Positions 1 through 10,771 of a stretch of DNA of 64,000 nucleotides are shown piece after piece (the first letter of the stretch is position 1; every line of letters begins with the position of its first letter). A program made the translations under genes and the position numbers. The stretch lies in assembly GCA_049325335.1 (NCBI GenBank), contig JBMOMC010000044.1, positions 32,001 through 96,000 of the forward strand, read 5' to 3'. Source of the stretch: Nitrospirota bacterium (GTDB lineage Bacteria > Nitrospirota > Nitrospiria > 2-01-FULL-66-17). The notes under the pieces are model-generated. The model ran no database searches. It was not told the origin of the DNA and saw only the letters and a list, made by a program, of their open reading frames with translations.

Positions 1-789
1 GACGGATACACGCTGGCGGACCTCGTCAGTTACGAGACCAAACACAACGAGGCCAACGGCGAAAACAACCGCGACGGCTGCAACCACAACGACAGTTGGC
101 ACTGCGGAATCGAAGGTCCCACCGACGATCCGGGCATCTCGCGACTACGCGAACGGCAAGCGCGAAACTTCCTCGCCACGCTGATGCTCTCACAAGGCGT
201 GCCGATGATTTCTGGCGGCGACGAGATCGGCCATTCCCAGCGCGGCAACAACAACGCGTATTGTCAGGACAACGAACTGACGTGGTACAACTGGGACCTC
301 ACCACGGATCAGCGGGACCTGCTGGAGTTTACGCAACGGTTGGTGGCGTTCCGCAAGGAGCACCCGGTGTTGCGGCGACGCACGTTTTTTCAGGGACGAC
401 GGATCAGGGGGTCGGAGATCAAGGACATCGCCTGGTTTCACTCCTCGGGCCGCGAGATGACCGATGAGGAATGGAGTTCGGGTCATGTCCGCTCGATGGG
501 TATGCGGTTGTCCGGCGACGCGATCGAAGAGACCGACGAACTGGGGCGACCCGTGGCGGGGGAAAGTCTCCTGGTCCTGCTCAACGCCTGGTCATCCGCC
601 GTGCCCTTCGTGCTCCCCGCCCACCGCGTGGATACGCGGTGGATCATGGTGTTCGACACCGCTCGGAACGGCCAGCCCTCGCGAAACCACGCGCGACGCG
701 GAGGCCGGACCTACGACCTGGAGGCGCATTCCATAGCGGTGTTTCGCCTGGCCTCTAGCCTGTCTAATGAAAGCCGTCCCCCCGTGTGA
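1..789 (+). CDS. glgX: Glycogen debranching enzyme, 3' part (5' end outside window)
   Basis: Frame 1 is open from base 1: DGYTLADLVSYETKHNEANGENNRDG, MLSQGVPMISGGDEIGHSQRGNNNAYCQDNE are hallmark GlgX/isoamylase motifs. Confidence 0.96.
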   Translation, partial: DGYTLADLVSYETKHNEANGENNRDGCNHNDSWHCGIEGPTDDPGISRLRERQARNFLATLMLSQGVPMISGGDEIGHSQRGNNNAYCQDNELTWYNWDLTTDQRDLLEFTQRLVAFRKEHPVLRRRTFFQGRRIRGSEIKDIAWFHSSGREMTDEEWSSGHVRSMGMRLSGDAIEETDELGRPVAGESLLVLLNAWSSAVPFVLPAHRVDTRWIMVFDTARNGQPSRNHARRGGRTYDLEAHSIAVFRLASSLSNESRPPV

Positions 790-822
790 TGAGTGCGATC
801 GAACGGCGTCCGACCGTTGGGC

Positions 823-1254
823 TCATTGCCTCTCCCCAAAGGACGACCACACTGCGGCGCCCCACGTCAAACAGGTCAGGAGCAGTAATGCGCTTATCAG
901 AAAGAGACCCATCTTCCTCACCACCTTTCTCGCCCGCTCTGAATCATCGTTAGCTACGACGTCGGTGGCCGGGGCGCGCCCCACCACCTTGCCCTCCATC
1001 TCTCGTTTGTCCGTGAGCTTCACCGTAACGGTCTTCGCCTCGCCCACCACGTACGCGTTGGTCAACAGATACCCGTCGTCGCTGATGAGGAATCCGGAAC
1101 CCATCGAGTGCGTCAGCGGCGCGGGCTGGCCGAAACGAAAGAATTCGCCGAACGGCGGGCCTTCAAATGGATTCTCGGCGTCGGGCATGGCGACCCGTCG
1201 CGCGTCGGAATCCACGGTGATATTCCGTTTTATATTAATAATCAGTTTCTTCAT
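823..1254 (-). pseudogene. Truncated DegP/HtrA-like serine protease fragment
   Basis: [19 protein letters not shown]...[11 protein letters not shown] matches the HtrA N-terminal half. The TNAH catalytic His reads Tyr, and there is no GNSGG serine motif, PDZ domain or signal peptide. Confidence 0.65.
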
Positions 1255-1285
1255 CGAGTGATCTTCGTGTATACATTCATGTCAT

Positions 1286-2308
1286 TCAGGAACCTCTTGC
1301 GCGCTCGCCGGCCGGTGCCGTATTGCCCCACAGGAGACCGATCGTGCGCAGATCGCGGAGAATGCGATGTTCCACGCCCCAGTCGCTCCAAAACGCGTCG
1401 TGCACCCGCAACACGGCGAGGCGCGACGGCCACCGGTCGCTCACCAATTCCAGGATTCCTCGCGACAAATTCACGGGCGCCACGGTCTGGTAGATCTTGT
1501 CGATGACGTCGCGCACGCGAGGCGTGTCAATGGCGTCCACGATCTCCATGAAATGGAGCGACAGGGTCGGGGCCACGCACCACAGCAGATCCATGAACAT
1601 CCGGAGCCGAAACACCAGGATCGAGGTGTTCCACAGCGCCCCGTGTTGCATCAACTCGGCGGCCTGACGCGCACCGGGTTTTTCGATGAAGCGCCGCACG
1701 CCCCAGACATCGTCCAGTCCGTCCGAGGAAATTGGGAGGCCGGGCACCACGTAGCCGTAATCGGTTTCCGGCGCATCGGGCCGCACGCCCACGAGGACGA
1801 GCAGCTCCGGGCGAGCCTCCACCGTCCGAAACGCCGCGTCCACGCGTTGCATGAGCGCCAGGTCGTTGTTTACGTAGTGATCGGACGGAAACACCGCCAC
1901 CACGGCGTCCTCGCAGCGCCGTTGCAAGTAGGCAAGCGGGAGCAGGAGTCCGGGTGCGGTGTCCCGGTTCCGCGGTTGGACGACCACGGTATGCGCCGGA
2001 CGGCGAGCCAGTTGCCGACACACGTCGGGGTAGAGGAGGTGATCGCGGGTGACCACGGTCATGATCCGGTCCGGTAACACGAGTCGTTCCACCCGTTTGA
2101 ACGTGCGCTCCAGCAACGAGTGCCGCCCGTAAAGGGTGACGTACTGCTTGGGCAATGCGTCGCCCCGCAATCGACGAATATAGGGTTCGAGCCGGCGGCC
2201 GTCGCCACCCGCTAACACCACCGCGGCGCGACGACGCGCCCCGGGCAGCGCACTCGTTGACGACTCGGCTTCACACGTGTTTACCTGTTCCACCATCCTC
2301 GCGGTCAT
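1286..2308 (-). CDS. Mannose-1-phosphate guanylyltransferase-like sugar-phosphate nucleotidyltransferase
   Basis: VVLAGGDGRRL, PKQY, QPRNRDTAPG, FPSDH, YGYV, FIEKP, WSDWG motifs; ATG at 2308 preceded by GGAGG. Confidence 0.85.
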   Translation of the reverse strand: MTARMVEQVNTCEAESSTSALPGARRRAAVVLAGGDGRRLEPYIRRLRGDALPKQYVTLYGRHSLLERTFKRVERLVLPDRIMTVVTRDHLLYPDVCRQLARRPAHTVVVQPRNRDTAPGLLLPLAYLQRRCEDAVVAVFPSDHYVNNDLALMQRVDAAFRTVEARPELLVLVGVRPDAPETDYGYVVPGLPISSDGLDDVWGVRRFIEKPGARQAAELMQHGALWNTSILVFRLRMFMDLLWCVAPTLSLHFMEIVDAIDTPRVRDVIDKIYQTVAPVNLSRGILELVSDRWPSRLAVLRVHDAFWSDWGVEHRILRDLRTIGLLWGNTAPAGERARGS

Positions 2309-2448
2309 GACACGACCTCCTGTCCGCTTCAATCCCCTACCTGCGTTTTCCTCCCCGCCGCCTTGCATCGCACGCATTTGGGGAGGGCAAGACCGGTCGC
2401 CCTGCCCTCCCCGTGGAGCGCGCTCCCGAATTTCGCGCTCGCAATGTG

Positions 2449-2814
2449 TTATTTCCCGAGCTTGGCCGGCTCGGCCTCCGCTCCTTTCAGCGCGATGGAG
2501 TGGGCCATGTGTTCCCCCTTTTCGGTCGCGTACTGGATGGTCACCTGATCACCCTCCTTCAACTCGCCCACCGGAACGTTCTGTCCGTTCCTGGTGACCT
2601 TGGCGTCCGGCACCACGTGGAACGTCACCGCCTGGTCCTTCCTGCCCTGGAGACCGAGACTGGCCACCGTGAGGGTATGGGTGATCGTGTCCACCTTTCG
2701 GACTTGCCCGGCCATGGACTGCATGTGCATGGGCGCCGCCAAGACCGGAGCCGCGGCCAGCAGAACCGGCAGCGCCAGCGCTCCGCATACTCGAGACAAT
2801 CGCGTCATCGTCAT
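2449..2814 (-). CDS. Small periplasmic OB-fold-like protein (DUF5666/CusF-like) with Met/His-containing ends
   Basis: Signal peptide ending VLAA; MHMQSM and EHMAH segments; GQVRKVD...ELKEGDQVTIQY pattern; strong RBS GGGAGGTG. Confidence 0.65.
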   Translation of the reverse strand: MTMTRLSRVCGALALPVLLAAAPVLAAPMHMQSMAGQVRKVDTITHTLTVASLGLQGRKDQAVTFHVVPDAKVTRNGQNVPVGELKEGDQVTIQYATEKGEHMAHSIALKGAEAEPAKLGK

Positions 2815-2844
2815 CACCTCCCTTCCGTCATGTTTGATGGACCC

Positions 2845-2904
2845 AGTGTAAGCACCCACGGCTATCGGAACGATGACGGCCGGATGACAAGATTGTCATC
2901 CGGC
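2845..2904 (-). promoter_or_regulatory. CusR/CopR-type copper box plus -10 element
   Basis: Palindrome GCCGGATGACAA-GA-TTGTCATCCGGC (2879-2904) with core ATGACAA-N2-TTGTCAT; extra ATGAC half-site 11 bp away; TACACT -10 on the minus strand at 2845-2850. Confidence 0.75.
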
Positions 2905-2912
2905 AAACGTCG

Positions 2913-3254
2913 TCAAGACGTGGGCAGGATGGTGAGGCGATCAACGACCTGGCGCACGTTGAGCGCGTTCACGATTCCGCGAACACCCGGAACAATCATG
3001 GCCAGATGTTCGGCAAGTCCCTTGTCGTCGTCCGTGGGCACCGCCCCTCGCAACGTCACCACCCCGTCGTGGCAGGATACCTTGACCTGTCCGGGGTAAA
3101 GCCGCCCGTCCCGTTCCATGACGGATTCAGTTGCCGTTGAGATCCAGAAATCCCCCGGCTCGCCCGTTGCGGTTCGCCCAATCGCGGGCGAGCCTCCGAC
3201 CGCACACAGAACGACCGCCGCTGCCGCCACCCTCTTGACGTGTTGTGCCTTCAT
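2913..3254 (-). CDS. BON-domain periplasmic protein
   Basis: Signal-peptide-like N-terminus; VKVSCHDGVVTLRGAV...AEHLAMIVPGVRGIVNAL is a typical BON domain. Confidence 0.85.
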   Translation of the reverse strand: MKAQHVKRVAAAAVVLCAVGGSPAIGRTATGEPGDFWISTATESVMERDGRLYPGQVKVSCHDGVVTLRGAVPTDDDKGLAEHLAMIVPGVRGIVNALNVRQVVDRLTILPTS

Positions 3255-3322
3255 GCGCGTGTCCTCCTTCTGGCGAACGTGACCGCGTCGGGACCCGGCC
3301 CGACTCCTGCTTTCGGTCTCCG

Positions 3323-3377
3323 ATCGTAGCGACCGGCGCCTGACGTGACGCTGACCAGCGGATGACGATGTTGTCAG
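3323..3377 (-). promoter_or_regulatory. Second CusR-type box plus -10 element
   Basis: ATGACGA-TG-TTGTCAG (3362-3377); CTGAC half-sites at 3351 and 3340 (11-bp phase); TACGAT -10 at 3323-3328, the same distance from the box as in the first site. Confidence 0.7.
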
Positions 3378-3397
3378 AAACGGGGGGGTGAAACGGA

Positions 3398-4825
3398 CTA
3401 CAGGACGGGGAACTGCAACGAAACCGTGGTGCCCTTGCCGGGTTCGCTCTGCACCGTCACGATCCCGCGGTGAAGATCCATGATGGACTTCACGATGGCG
3501 AGACCGAGACCGACCCCGCGCGGAAAACGGGATCGGGCGCGATCCACCCGGTAGAAGCGATCGAAGATCTTTTCCAGATGCTCCGGCTCGATTCCCACCC
3601 CGGTGTCGCTCACGCGCATCACGGCTCCGCCGTCGGAAGACGCGGACACCGACATCACGACCCGTCCGCCCCGCGGGGTGTACTGCAAGGCGTTGAACAG
3701 CAGATTGCTGACGGCTCGCCGGAGCAACAGTGGATCCGCATGGAGCGTGGCCTCCCCTTCACAGCGCACTTCCACGCCCTGCTCCTGCGTCATCGCGTCG
3801 TAGAACTCTCTGACCGCATCGATCTCCTTGCGGCCGTCCAGCACCGGGCGCTGGATCTGCGTTTCCGGATGGTCGGCGCGGGCGAGAAACAGGAGGCCGT
3901 CGATGGTGCGGGAGAGTTTGGCGAATTCCTCTAGACTGGATTCGAGGACTCGGCGGTATTCCTCGGGCGCTCTGACCCGGGACAGCGCCAGATCGGCCTC
4001 GCCCATCAGATTGTTGATCGGCGTGCGCAGCTCATGCGCCAGATCCGCGGAGAACTGCGACAGCCGTGCAAAAGACGCCTCCAAGCGATCGAGCATTTGG
4101 TCGAAGGCCGTGGCCAGCGCGGTCAACTCGCGAGGCCAGCGCGCCGGATTGACTCGTTCGTGCAATTGGGCGGCGCTGATGCGCGTGGCCGCGTGCGTGA
4201 TGTCGGCCAACGGGAGCATGCCCCGCCGCGCCACCACCGCCCCGGCGCCGGCGGCAAACAACAAGCCCGCGACCAGCACCATCGCCAACCGGCGGCGGTA
4301 TCCGGAGACGACCGCGTCCTGGCCGGAGACGTCGAGGGCGATCTGCAATAGCGCCTGCGGCTCGTCCGCGCGCCCCACCGGCACCCACAGAGACATCATC
4401 AGGTAGGACTGCGCGCCCGTCACCCAGCGGCGGACCGTGGCCTTCGGCCTCCGATCGTACGGCGCCGGGGGCGGAAACCGTTCGGCGGGAAGCCGCTCGC
4501 TCATGCCCGGCGTCTCCAGCAACGTCCGCCCGCCGTCGTCGAGCAGCCGCGCGTCGTACGCGCCCAGTCGGAGCTCCTCCACCAACGCGCTCTGGTTCGC
4601 GGGAAAATCTTGGAGGATCGTCCAGAGAATCTGCGCCCGCTCGCTGAGCAACGACCGATTCGCCAAATCCACGTCGGTTTTGAGCATCCAGTATAGGAAC
4701 ATGGTGGCTACTACCAGCAGCCCGAACGTGGACACGGCGTAGAGAATGGTCAGGCGCGCGGTGATGGACCAGGACGCGGCGCGGGATCGCGGATGCGCGG
4801 GAACGTCGGGAGGATCAGCGCTCAT
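3398..4825 (-). CDS. Heavy-metal sensor histidine kinase (CusS/CzcS family)
   Basis: Two TM helices, [21 protein letters not shown]-box, [23 protein letters not shown]; likely start MSADPP at 4825. Confidence 0.92.
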   Translation of the reverse strand: MSADPPDVPAHPRSRAASWSITARLTILYAVSTFGLLVVATMFLYWMLKTDVDLANRSLLSERAQILWTILQDFPANQSALVEELRLGAYDARLLDDGGRTLLETPGMSERLPAERFPPPAPYDRRPKATVRRWVTGAQSYLMMSLWVPVGRADEPQALLQIALDVSGQDAVVSGYRRRLAMVLVAGLLFAAGAGAVVARRGMLPLADITHAATRISAAQLHERVNPARWPRELTALATAFDQMLDRLEASFARLSQFSADLAHELRTPINNLMGEADLALSRVRAPEEYRRVLESSLEEFAKLSRTIDGLLFLARADHPETQIQRPVLDGRKEIDAVREFYDAMTQEQGVEVRCEGEATLHADPLLLRRAVSNLLFNALQYTPRGGRVVMSVSASSDGGAVMRVSDTGVGIEPEHLEKIFDRFYRVDRARSRFPRGVGLGLAIVKSIMDLHRGIVTVQSEPGKGTTVSLQFPVL

Positions 4826-5486
4826 CGAGCACGTACCCGACGCCGCGTACGGTGTGGATGAGCTTCCTGGCGAACGGATCGTCCACCTTGCTCCGCAACC
4901 GTCGGACCGCCACATCGACCACGTTGGTGTCGCTGTCGAAATTCATGTCCCACACCTGCTCAGCGATCAGGGTCCTCGATAGAACTTCGCCTTTGCGCCG
5001 CGCCAACAACGAGAGGAGATTAAATTCCTTAGGGGTCAGTTCGAGGGACTTTCCTCCGCGCACGGCCTTGTGCTGCGGCAAATCGAGCTCCAGATCGGCA
5101 ATGTGCATCACATCCGGTTGCCGGCCGGGCCCGCGCCGCAAAATAGAGCGAACGCGGGCCAAACACTCCGAAAACGCGAACGGTTTGACCAAGTAATCGT
5201 CCGCGCCCAACTCCAGCCCCTTCACCCGATCTTTGATCGCGTCACGGGCGGTGAGAAACAACACGGGGGTCTGTTTGCCACGGCGGCGGAGTTCGGCCAG
5301 AATGGACCACCCATCCCGATCCGGTAACATTACGTCGAGGATAGCCAGATCGTACTGGCCCGTGGTAAGCAGGTACAGTCCGTCTTCACCCCGCCCCGCC
5401 ACATCCACGACGAATCCGTTTTCCGTCAGCCCATTCCGTAAATAGGCCGCGGCTTTGTCGTCGTCTTCGACGATGAGGACACGCAT
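4815..5486 (-). CDS. Heavy-metal response regulator (CusR/CzcR family)
   Basis: [52 protein letters not shown]. Confidence 0.94.
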   Translation of the reverse strand: MRVLIVEDDDKAAAYLRNGLTENGFVVDVAGRGEDGLYLLTTGQYDLAILDVMLPDRDGWSILAELRRRGKQTPVLFLTARDAIKDRVKGLELGADDYLVKPFAFSECLARVRSILRRGPGRQPDVMHIADLELDLPQHKAVRGGKSLELTPKEFNLLSLLARRKGEVLSRTLIAEQVWDMNFDSDTNVVDVAVRRLRSKVDDPFARKLIHTVRGVGYVLDER

Positions 5487-5635
5487 ACCGCTTGCAATTC
5501 TACTGCGGCCGGTTCGTCGCGAACAAAGACACCACCGAGTCTCCCTGCACCTGCGGTGCCGCGCCGGTCGTCCAGCAGGGGACATCTGGCCTTCCTGGAC
5601 AACCCCAAACTGCAGTAACCAGGAACGAACCTGGG

Positions 5636-6454
5636 TTAGTCGTGCGCGATTGAACGGATAATATACCCGCCGGACTTCTCGTCGTACTCCAACGTTAACA
5701 ACCCGCGCGCCTGGGCGTCTTCGAGCAATGCGCTGAACGTGCGGAAGCCATGGAACGTCTCGTTAAAACCGGGATGGCGCCGCTTGAGCGCCTGTTTGAC
5801 CATGGAGCCCCAGACCTTCTCTTCCTCGCCGCGCTCTTCGAACATGGCGGCCGCGGTCTGCATCACTAAGTCCAGCCCCGCGCTCTTGCGTTCTTCGTCA
5901 TCCTCAGGACCCGGCTTCGCGCCGCGGGCGGCCTTGGCGGTCGCGGGCTTGCGCGTGGAACGGCGCTGTTTCTCGGCTTCCCGCACCAGATCGTCGTAGA
6001 AGATGAACTCATCGCAGTTGGCGATCAACAAGTCTGACGTGGACTTCTTCACGCCCACCCCGATCACCACTTTGTTGTTTTCCCGGAGCTTGCTCACGAG
6101 CGCGGAGAAGTCCGAATCGCCGCTGAGGATCACGAACGTGTCCACATGCGCCTTGGTGTAACACAGATCCAACGCGTCCACGACCATCCGGATATCGGCC
6201 GAATTCTTCCCGGACTGGCGGATGTGCGGAATCTCGATCAATTCAAACGCCGCTTCGTGCATGGCGGATTTAAACTCTTTGTACCGTTCCCAGTCGCAGT
6301 ACGCTTTCTTCACCACGATGTTGCCCTTGAGCAACAGGCGCTCCAGAACTTTTTTGATATCGAATGCGGCGTACCGCGCGTCGCGGACGCCGAGCGCCAC
6401 GTTTTCAAAGTCGCAGAATAACGCCAAGTTTTGCGTGTGTGATTTTCCGTTCAT
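5636..6454 (-). CDS. NYN-domain (LabA/DUF88) protein with C-terminal OST-HTH/LOTUS domain
   Basis: [37 protein letters not shown]-terminal [18 protein letters not shown]. Confidence 0.9.
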   Translation of the reverse strand: MNGKSHTQNLALFCDFENVALGVRDARYAAFDIKKVLERLLLKGNIVVKKAYCDWERYKEFKSAMHEAAFELIEIPHIRQSGKNSADIRMVVDALDLCYTKAHVDTFVILSGDSDFSALVSKLRENNKVVIGVGVKKSTSDLLIANCDEFIFYDDLVREAEKQRRSTRKPATAKAARGAKPGPEDDEERKSAGLDLVMQTAAAMFEERGEEEKVWGSMVKQALKRRHPGFNETFHGFRTFSALLEDAQARGLLTLEYDEKSGGYIIRSIAHD

Positions 6455-6605
6455 AAATCTCCTTCTGATTTTAAAATAGACAATACTACTCTAGTATGTC
6501 CGCCGACGCGAAGCGCGGTCGGACAGGACCGTATCATCCGTATATGTTTGATTGCAAGGCACGGTGCAGATTATGCCGACTATGGACTGTCTTGGACGTA
6601 GCCTA

Positions 6606-6866
6606 CAGGCTGCTCAAAAAGCCCCAGATGCGAAGCCGCAGGGAGGAGGAAACCGGGGCGTACTGGGTCGTACGTGAGGATTTGCCATGGCCGGCGAACC
6701 GAACGGTCGCGTCTTCGACGCGGATCGCATTTCGTGCCCCTGACGGGCCACGGTGCGGTTTCCGACGACCGAGAATCTGCACTGCGCCGGAGGTGTGCAG
6801 AATGGAATGGGTCGGTTCCTTGCAGATGGCGAAGCAACGCAGCAGATGGGCTTTTTCAGCAGCCTG
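6606..6866 (-). repeat. Structured MITE/REP-like element, copy 1 (carries two insertions)
   Basis: 19-bp terminal inverted repeat CAGGCTGCT(C/G)AAAAAGCCC; nearly identical to 54332-54452 apart from the insertions; abuts the iscX stop codon. Confidence 0.85.
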
Positions 6867-7073
6867 CTAAGCGTGCTTCTTTTCCTCAAGCCATGCCATC
6901 TGTATGGCTTCGAGTTTCCCTTCGTTGGACTTGGCCGGATCGTCGGCAAAACCCGGCAGCGCGATCACCCACTTGCGCAGGTCGGTGAACCGCACGGTGA
7001 GCGGGTCGAGGCCGGGGAATTTATCGGCCAATGCGATGGCGATGTCTTCCGCGTCATCCCAGGTCAGTTTCAT
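6867..7073 (-). CDS. iscX: Fe-S cluster assembly protein IscX (YfhJ)
   Basis: LTWDDAEDIAIAL...DPLTVRFTDL...SNEGKLEAIQMAWLEE; last gene of the isc operon. Confidence 0.95.
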   Translation of the reverse strand: MKLTWDDAEDIAIALADKFPGLDPLTVRFTDLRKWVIALPGFADDPAKSNEGKLEAIQMAWLEEKKHA

Positions 7074-7099
7074 CAGCGTCCCTCAGCGAATAGTCGTGG

Positions 7100-7438
7100 T
7101 TAATCCGGGATGACGACAATCACCGGACCCGAAATCTTGGCTTGGCATCCCAGCCGGGACTTCATAGTCAGGCCGTCCGCGTCGTCGAGCTGGTCCTCCT
7201 CTTCCTCGGAGCGCTCCGACAAATTTTCCATCCCCTGCTGCACGATCACGTGGCAGGTCGAACACGCGCAGTTGCCTCCGCAGTTGTGCTCCAAGTCGAT
7301 CGCGTGGTCGAGTGCGGCGTCGAGAATCGACGTGCCATCTTGGACTTCCACGGTCACGTTCGCGGGCAAAAACGTCACGAGGTGTTTCGTAGTCGCCACA
7401 GGAGTCGCGGCACGGTCGGTGGATTGGGGACTGGTCAT
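7100..7438 (-). CDS. fdx: ISC-system [2Fe-2S] ferredoxin
   Basis: [15 protein letters not shown]...SRLGCQ adrenodoxin-type motif. Confidence 0.93.
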   Translation of the reverse strand: MTSPQSTDRAATPVATTKHLVTFLPANVTVEVQDGTSILDAALDHAIDLEHNCGGNCACSTCHVIVQQGMENLSERSEEEEDQLDDADGLTMKSRLGCQAKISGPVIVVIPD

Positions 7439-9276
7439 ACCTTGGGCAAAATTTCCGAGACCTTGCGGTCGCGCAGCGCTTCTTCCATGGTCGCGTTGAT
7501 CAGCGCCTCGGCCAGGTGCCGTGTGACCTCGTCGAGCGCGATCTTGCTCTTCTTGATCGCGGTGCGGTCGGTCCCCGCCATCGCGGCCTTCAACGCGGCC
7601 ATCGCGGCTTCGATCCGCTCGGCCTCGCCGGCTTCCAGGAGATGGCGCCCTCGCTGGAGCGCCCGCTCGGACGCGTTGTAGATCTCGTTGGCCTCGTTTT
7701 TGGCCTCGATCAACGCTCGTTGCTCCAAATCGCTCTTGGCGTGTTTAAACGAATCCACCAGCATCTGTTCGATCTGTGCCTCGGTCAACCCGTACGAGGG
7801 TTTGACCTCAATGGACTGGAACTTTCCGGTTCGCAACTCAGTGGCGCTGACCTGAAGAATGCCGTTCGCGTCGATCAGAAATGTGACCTCAACCCTCGGC
7901 AACCCGGCCGGCATGGGGTCCACGCCTCGCAGTTCAAAGCGCGACAGGCTCCGATTATCCTTCACCAGTTCCCGCTCGCCTTGCAGGACGTGGATCGCCA
8001 CCGCGGTTTGCCCATCGACCGAGGTGGTGAACGTTTCCTTGGCGCTGGTCGGGATTGTGGTATTGCGCGGAATGAGCACGCTCATGATCCCGCCCATGGT
8101 TTCGATGCCCAGCGAGAGCGGCGTGACGTCCAGCAACAACATGTCGCGGATCCCGCCCGCCAGGATATCGGCCTGCACCGCGGCACCCAATGCCACGACC
8201 TCGTCGGGATTTAATTCAGAATGTGGCACCTTGCCAAAGAGTTCCTGCACCCGTCGGCGCACGAGCGGCACGCGCGTGGACCCGCCGACCAGGACCACCT
8301 CGTCGATCTGTTCTGGCGACACCTTGGCGTCGGCAATTGCGCGTCGGCAAGGCTCCAGCGTAGAAGCGACCAACTCAGCCGTCATGGTCTCGAACTCTTC
8401 GCGGGTGATCTCCCTGGCGAAGGTGACCCCGCCAGGCAACGGGACATCGATCCCCGTGCGGTCGAGCTCGGACAACCGGCACTTCGCGGCTTCGGCCGCC
8501 ACGCGAACCTCTTGCATCAGCTCCGGCGAACCCGCGATCTCAATTCCGTGCCGGCGTTTGATCTCGTCCGTCAGCACTGCGGCCAGGCGTTGGTCGAAGT
8601 CGTCACCGCCCAGATGGGTGTCCCCGTTGGTGGCCAGGACCTCGAAGATCCCGTCCTTGAGTTTCAGGATCGACACGTCGAAGGTCCCGCCGCCTAAGTC
8701 GTAGACCGCGATCACGCCCTGCTTGCGTTGTTGCAGGCCGTACGCCAACGACGCGGCGGTCGGCTCGTTCACGATCCGCAGCACCTCGAGGCCGGCGAGC
8801 CGTCCCGCGTCTTTGGTGGCTTGCCGCTGCGAATCATTGAAATACGCAGGCACCGTGATCACGGCCTGCGTGACGGGTTCGCCCAGAAACGCTTCGGCCT
8901 GGGTTTTGAGCTCGCGCAAAATAAACGCGGAAATTTCCGGTGGGGTCCACGCCCGGCCGCCCGCCATCACCCGCACCACGTCCCGGTGCTCTGGGTCCGA
9001 CGACACGCGGTACGGCAACGACGAGGCCTCTACCTGCACGTCGGCCCAGCCCTTGCCCATGAAGCGTTTGATCGAATAGATCGTCTCTTGCGGGCGCGTG
9101 AGCAGCCGGCGTTTGGCCGACACGCCGACCTCCACGCGTCCGTCGTCGAAAATCGAGACAACCGACGGGACCAGCCGCGCGTCGAACGCGTCTGCAATAA
9201 TTCGGGGGCGGCCGTGGTCCATAAACGCGACCAGACTGTTGGTCGTCCCCAGATCAATACCGACAATCCGTCCCAT
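7435..9276 (-). CDS. hscA: Fe-S assembly chaperone HscA (Hsp70)
   Basis: [28 protein letters not shown]; start MGRIVG coupled to the hscB stop. Confidence 0.93.
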   Translation of the reverse strand: MGRIVGIDLGTTNSLVAFMDHGRPRIIADAFDARLVPSVVSIFDDGRVEVGVSAKRRLLTRPQETIYSIKRFMGKGWADVQVEASSLPYRVSSDPEHRDVVRVMAGGRAWTPPEISAFILRELKTQAEAFLGEPVTQAVITVPAYFNDSQRQATKDAGRLAGLEVLRIVNEPTAASLAYGLQQRKQGVIAVYDLGGGTFDVSILKLKDGIFEVLATNGDTHLGGDDFDQRLAAVLTDEIKRRHGIEIAGSPELMQEVRVAAEAAKCRLSELDRTGIDVPLPGGVTFAREITREEFETMTAELVASTLEPCRRAIADAKVSPEQIDEVVLVGGSTRVPLVRRRVQELFGKVPHSELNPDEVVALGAAVQADILAGGIRDMLLLDVTPLSLGIETMGGIMSVLIPRNTTIPTSAKETFTTSVDGQTAVAIHVLQGERELVKDNRSLSRFELRGVDPMPAGLPRVEVTFLIDANGILQVSATELRTGKFQSIEVKPSYGLTEAQIEQMLVDSFKHAKSDLEQRALIEAKNEANEIYNASERALQRGRHLLEAGEAERIEAAMAALKAAMAGTDRTAIKKSKIALDEVTRHLAEALINATMEEALRDRKVSEILPKV

Positions 9277-9869
9277 CACGCCACCTGCGTCCTGACTCCG
9301 TCGATGTCCCGAATCAAATTCACTACGTACACCCGCTGCGATAAGAGGTCTTGGAGACGCTCGAGCGTCGATCGCCCCGCCTCGCCCCCGGCGCTCGCCG
9401 CGTCCCACACGTTCGCGCGCTCAGCCAACTCCGCGTCCAACGCCGTTAACGCCCCTCGCAGCCGCTCCGCCTCGGTCTTCACGCGCCTGGCCAGTGGGCT
9501 CTCCTCGCTCAAACGGCCTTGCGCCCGACACTCCTCCAACAGTTCCTGCACTTCCAGCACGTCCTCCAACAACTCCGGCGGCGCCTTAGGTTTGAGCGCG
9601 CCGCCGCCCTCCAACTCGACCAAGTACTCCACTCGCGCGTGAAAATCCTTGAGCGTACGGTAGGCCTGATTCACGAGCGCGGAACGGGCCAGCAGTCGCT
9701 CGCGTTCTTCGGCCGGTTTGGTTAGGTGAAAGTCGGGATGAACTTCGCGGCTCAACCGGTGATACGTTGCCTCGAGCGCCGGTGCGTCGATCTGCAGACG
9801 TCGCGGCAGTCCGAAGATCGCAAAATAATCCGGTTGTGCGCTCAACGCGTGAGCAGGCGTCTGCTGCAT
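9276..9869 (-). CDS. hscB: Co-chaperone HscB
   Basis: [12 protein letters not shown]-domain motif, [10 protein letters not shown]. Confidence 0.92.
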   Translation of the reverse strand: MQQTPAHALSAQPDYFAIFGLPRRLQIDAPALEATYHRLSREVHPDFHLTKPAEERERLLARSALVNQAYRTLKDFHARVEYLVELEGGGALKPKAPPELLEDVLEVQELLEECRAQGRLSEESPLARRVKTEAERLRGALTALDAELAERANVWDAASAGGEAGRSTLERLQDLLSQRVYVVNLIRDIDGVRTQVA

Positions 9870-9913
9870 CGTGCGTACCCGCCCGTTCGATCAGACGCAG
9901 CGCAGAGCACGGC

Positions 9914-10300
9914 TCACGCCGAAAACGACTCCCCGCAACCACACGTGCCGGTTGCGTTGGGGTTGACGAACTTAAATCCGCCGCCCATGAGCGCGTTGAC
10001 GTAATCCAACGTGGTCCCTTTCAGGAACAACGCGCTCTTGGCATCCACCACGAACTTCGCGTCACCGGCGTCGATGACTTCATCGAACTCAGAGACTTTT
10101 GAATCGAACTTCATCTGATATGTGAACCCCGAACACCCCCCGCCCTGCACCGCAATACGCACCACCATGTCTGGCGTACCTTGCAGCCCCAAGAGGCGCT
10201 TGGCTTCCTTCGCCGCCTCCGGCGTAATCTTGAGGGTCGCCGGTTCGGCCTTGGTTTCTTCCACCATGTTCAATGAGATTTCCATTGTCTCCTCCCTCAT
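9914..10300 (-). CDS. iscA: A-type Fe-S carrier IscA/HesB
   Basis: GGGCSGFTY and NPNATGTCGCGESF. Confidence 0.93.
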   Translation of the reverse strand: MREETMEISLNMVEETKAEPATLKITPEAAKEAKRLLGLQGTPDMVVRIAVQGGGCSGFTYQMKFDSKVSEFDEVIDAGDAKFVVDAKSALFLKGTTLDYVNALMGGGFKFVNPNATGTCGCGESFSA

Positions 10301-10334
10301 GCTCCCAGTGGGATACGTCGATTCGCCACGCTGA

Positions 10335-10742
10335 TTATGACGCCGTGGTCGAAGGCGTAACCGACTCTTGTTTCTTTTTCACGTCCGCCAACGCCGCCTT
10401 GATCGCGTCTTCAGCCAACACCGAGCAGTGAATCTTCACCGGCGGCAACGCCAGCTCCTGCACGATGTCCGTGTTCTTGATCTGAGCGGCCTCGTCGATG
10501 GTCTTGCCCTTCAACCACTCGGTCGCCAGGCTCGAGCTGGCAATGGCGCTGCCGCAGCCGAAGGTCTTGAACTTGGCGTCTTCGATCACGCCCTGTTCAT
10601 TGACCCTGATCTGCAATTTCATGACGTCGCCGCACTCCGGCGCGCCCACGACCCCGGTCCCCACGCTGGGATCGGCTTTGTCCAGACTCCCCACGTTCCG
10701 GGGGTTGTTGTAATGATCGACGACCTTATCGCTGTATGCCAT
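10335..10742 (-). CDS. iscU: Fe-S scaffold IscU
   Basis: MAYSDKVVDHY, GAPECGD, FGCGSAIASSS, LPPVKIHC. Confidence 0.97.
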   Translation of the reverse strand: MAYSDKVVDHYNNPRNVGSLDKADPSVGTGVVGAPECGDVMKLQIRVNEQGVIEDAKFKTFGCGSAIASSSLATEWLKGKTIDEAAQIKNTDIVQELALPPVKIHCSVLAEDAIKAALADVKKKQESVTPSTTAS

Positions 10743-10771
10743 GACGTGTCCCCCTTACTCGATCCGCGTAT

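Noticed and set aside
6496..6988. Small ORFs spanning the repeat (e.g. RLLKKPQMR...AFSAAC), similarly 53873-54430 and 36297-36506
   Set aside because: Translations of the non-coding structured element; no transposase motifs
7435..9408. dnaK, and the long N-terminal extension in the ORF track
   Set aside because: isc context and the KPSYGL motif indicate HscA; the extension overlaps hscB, so the start is 9276
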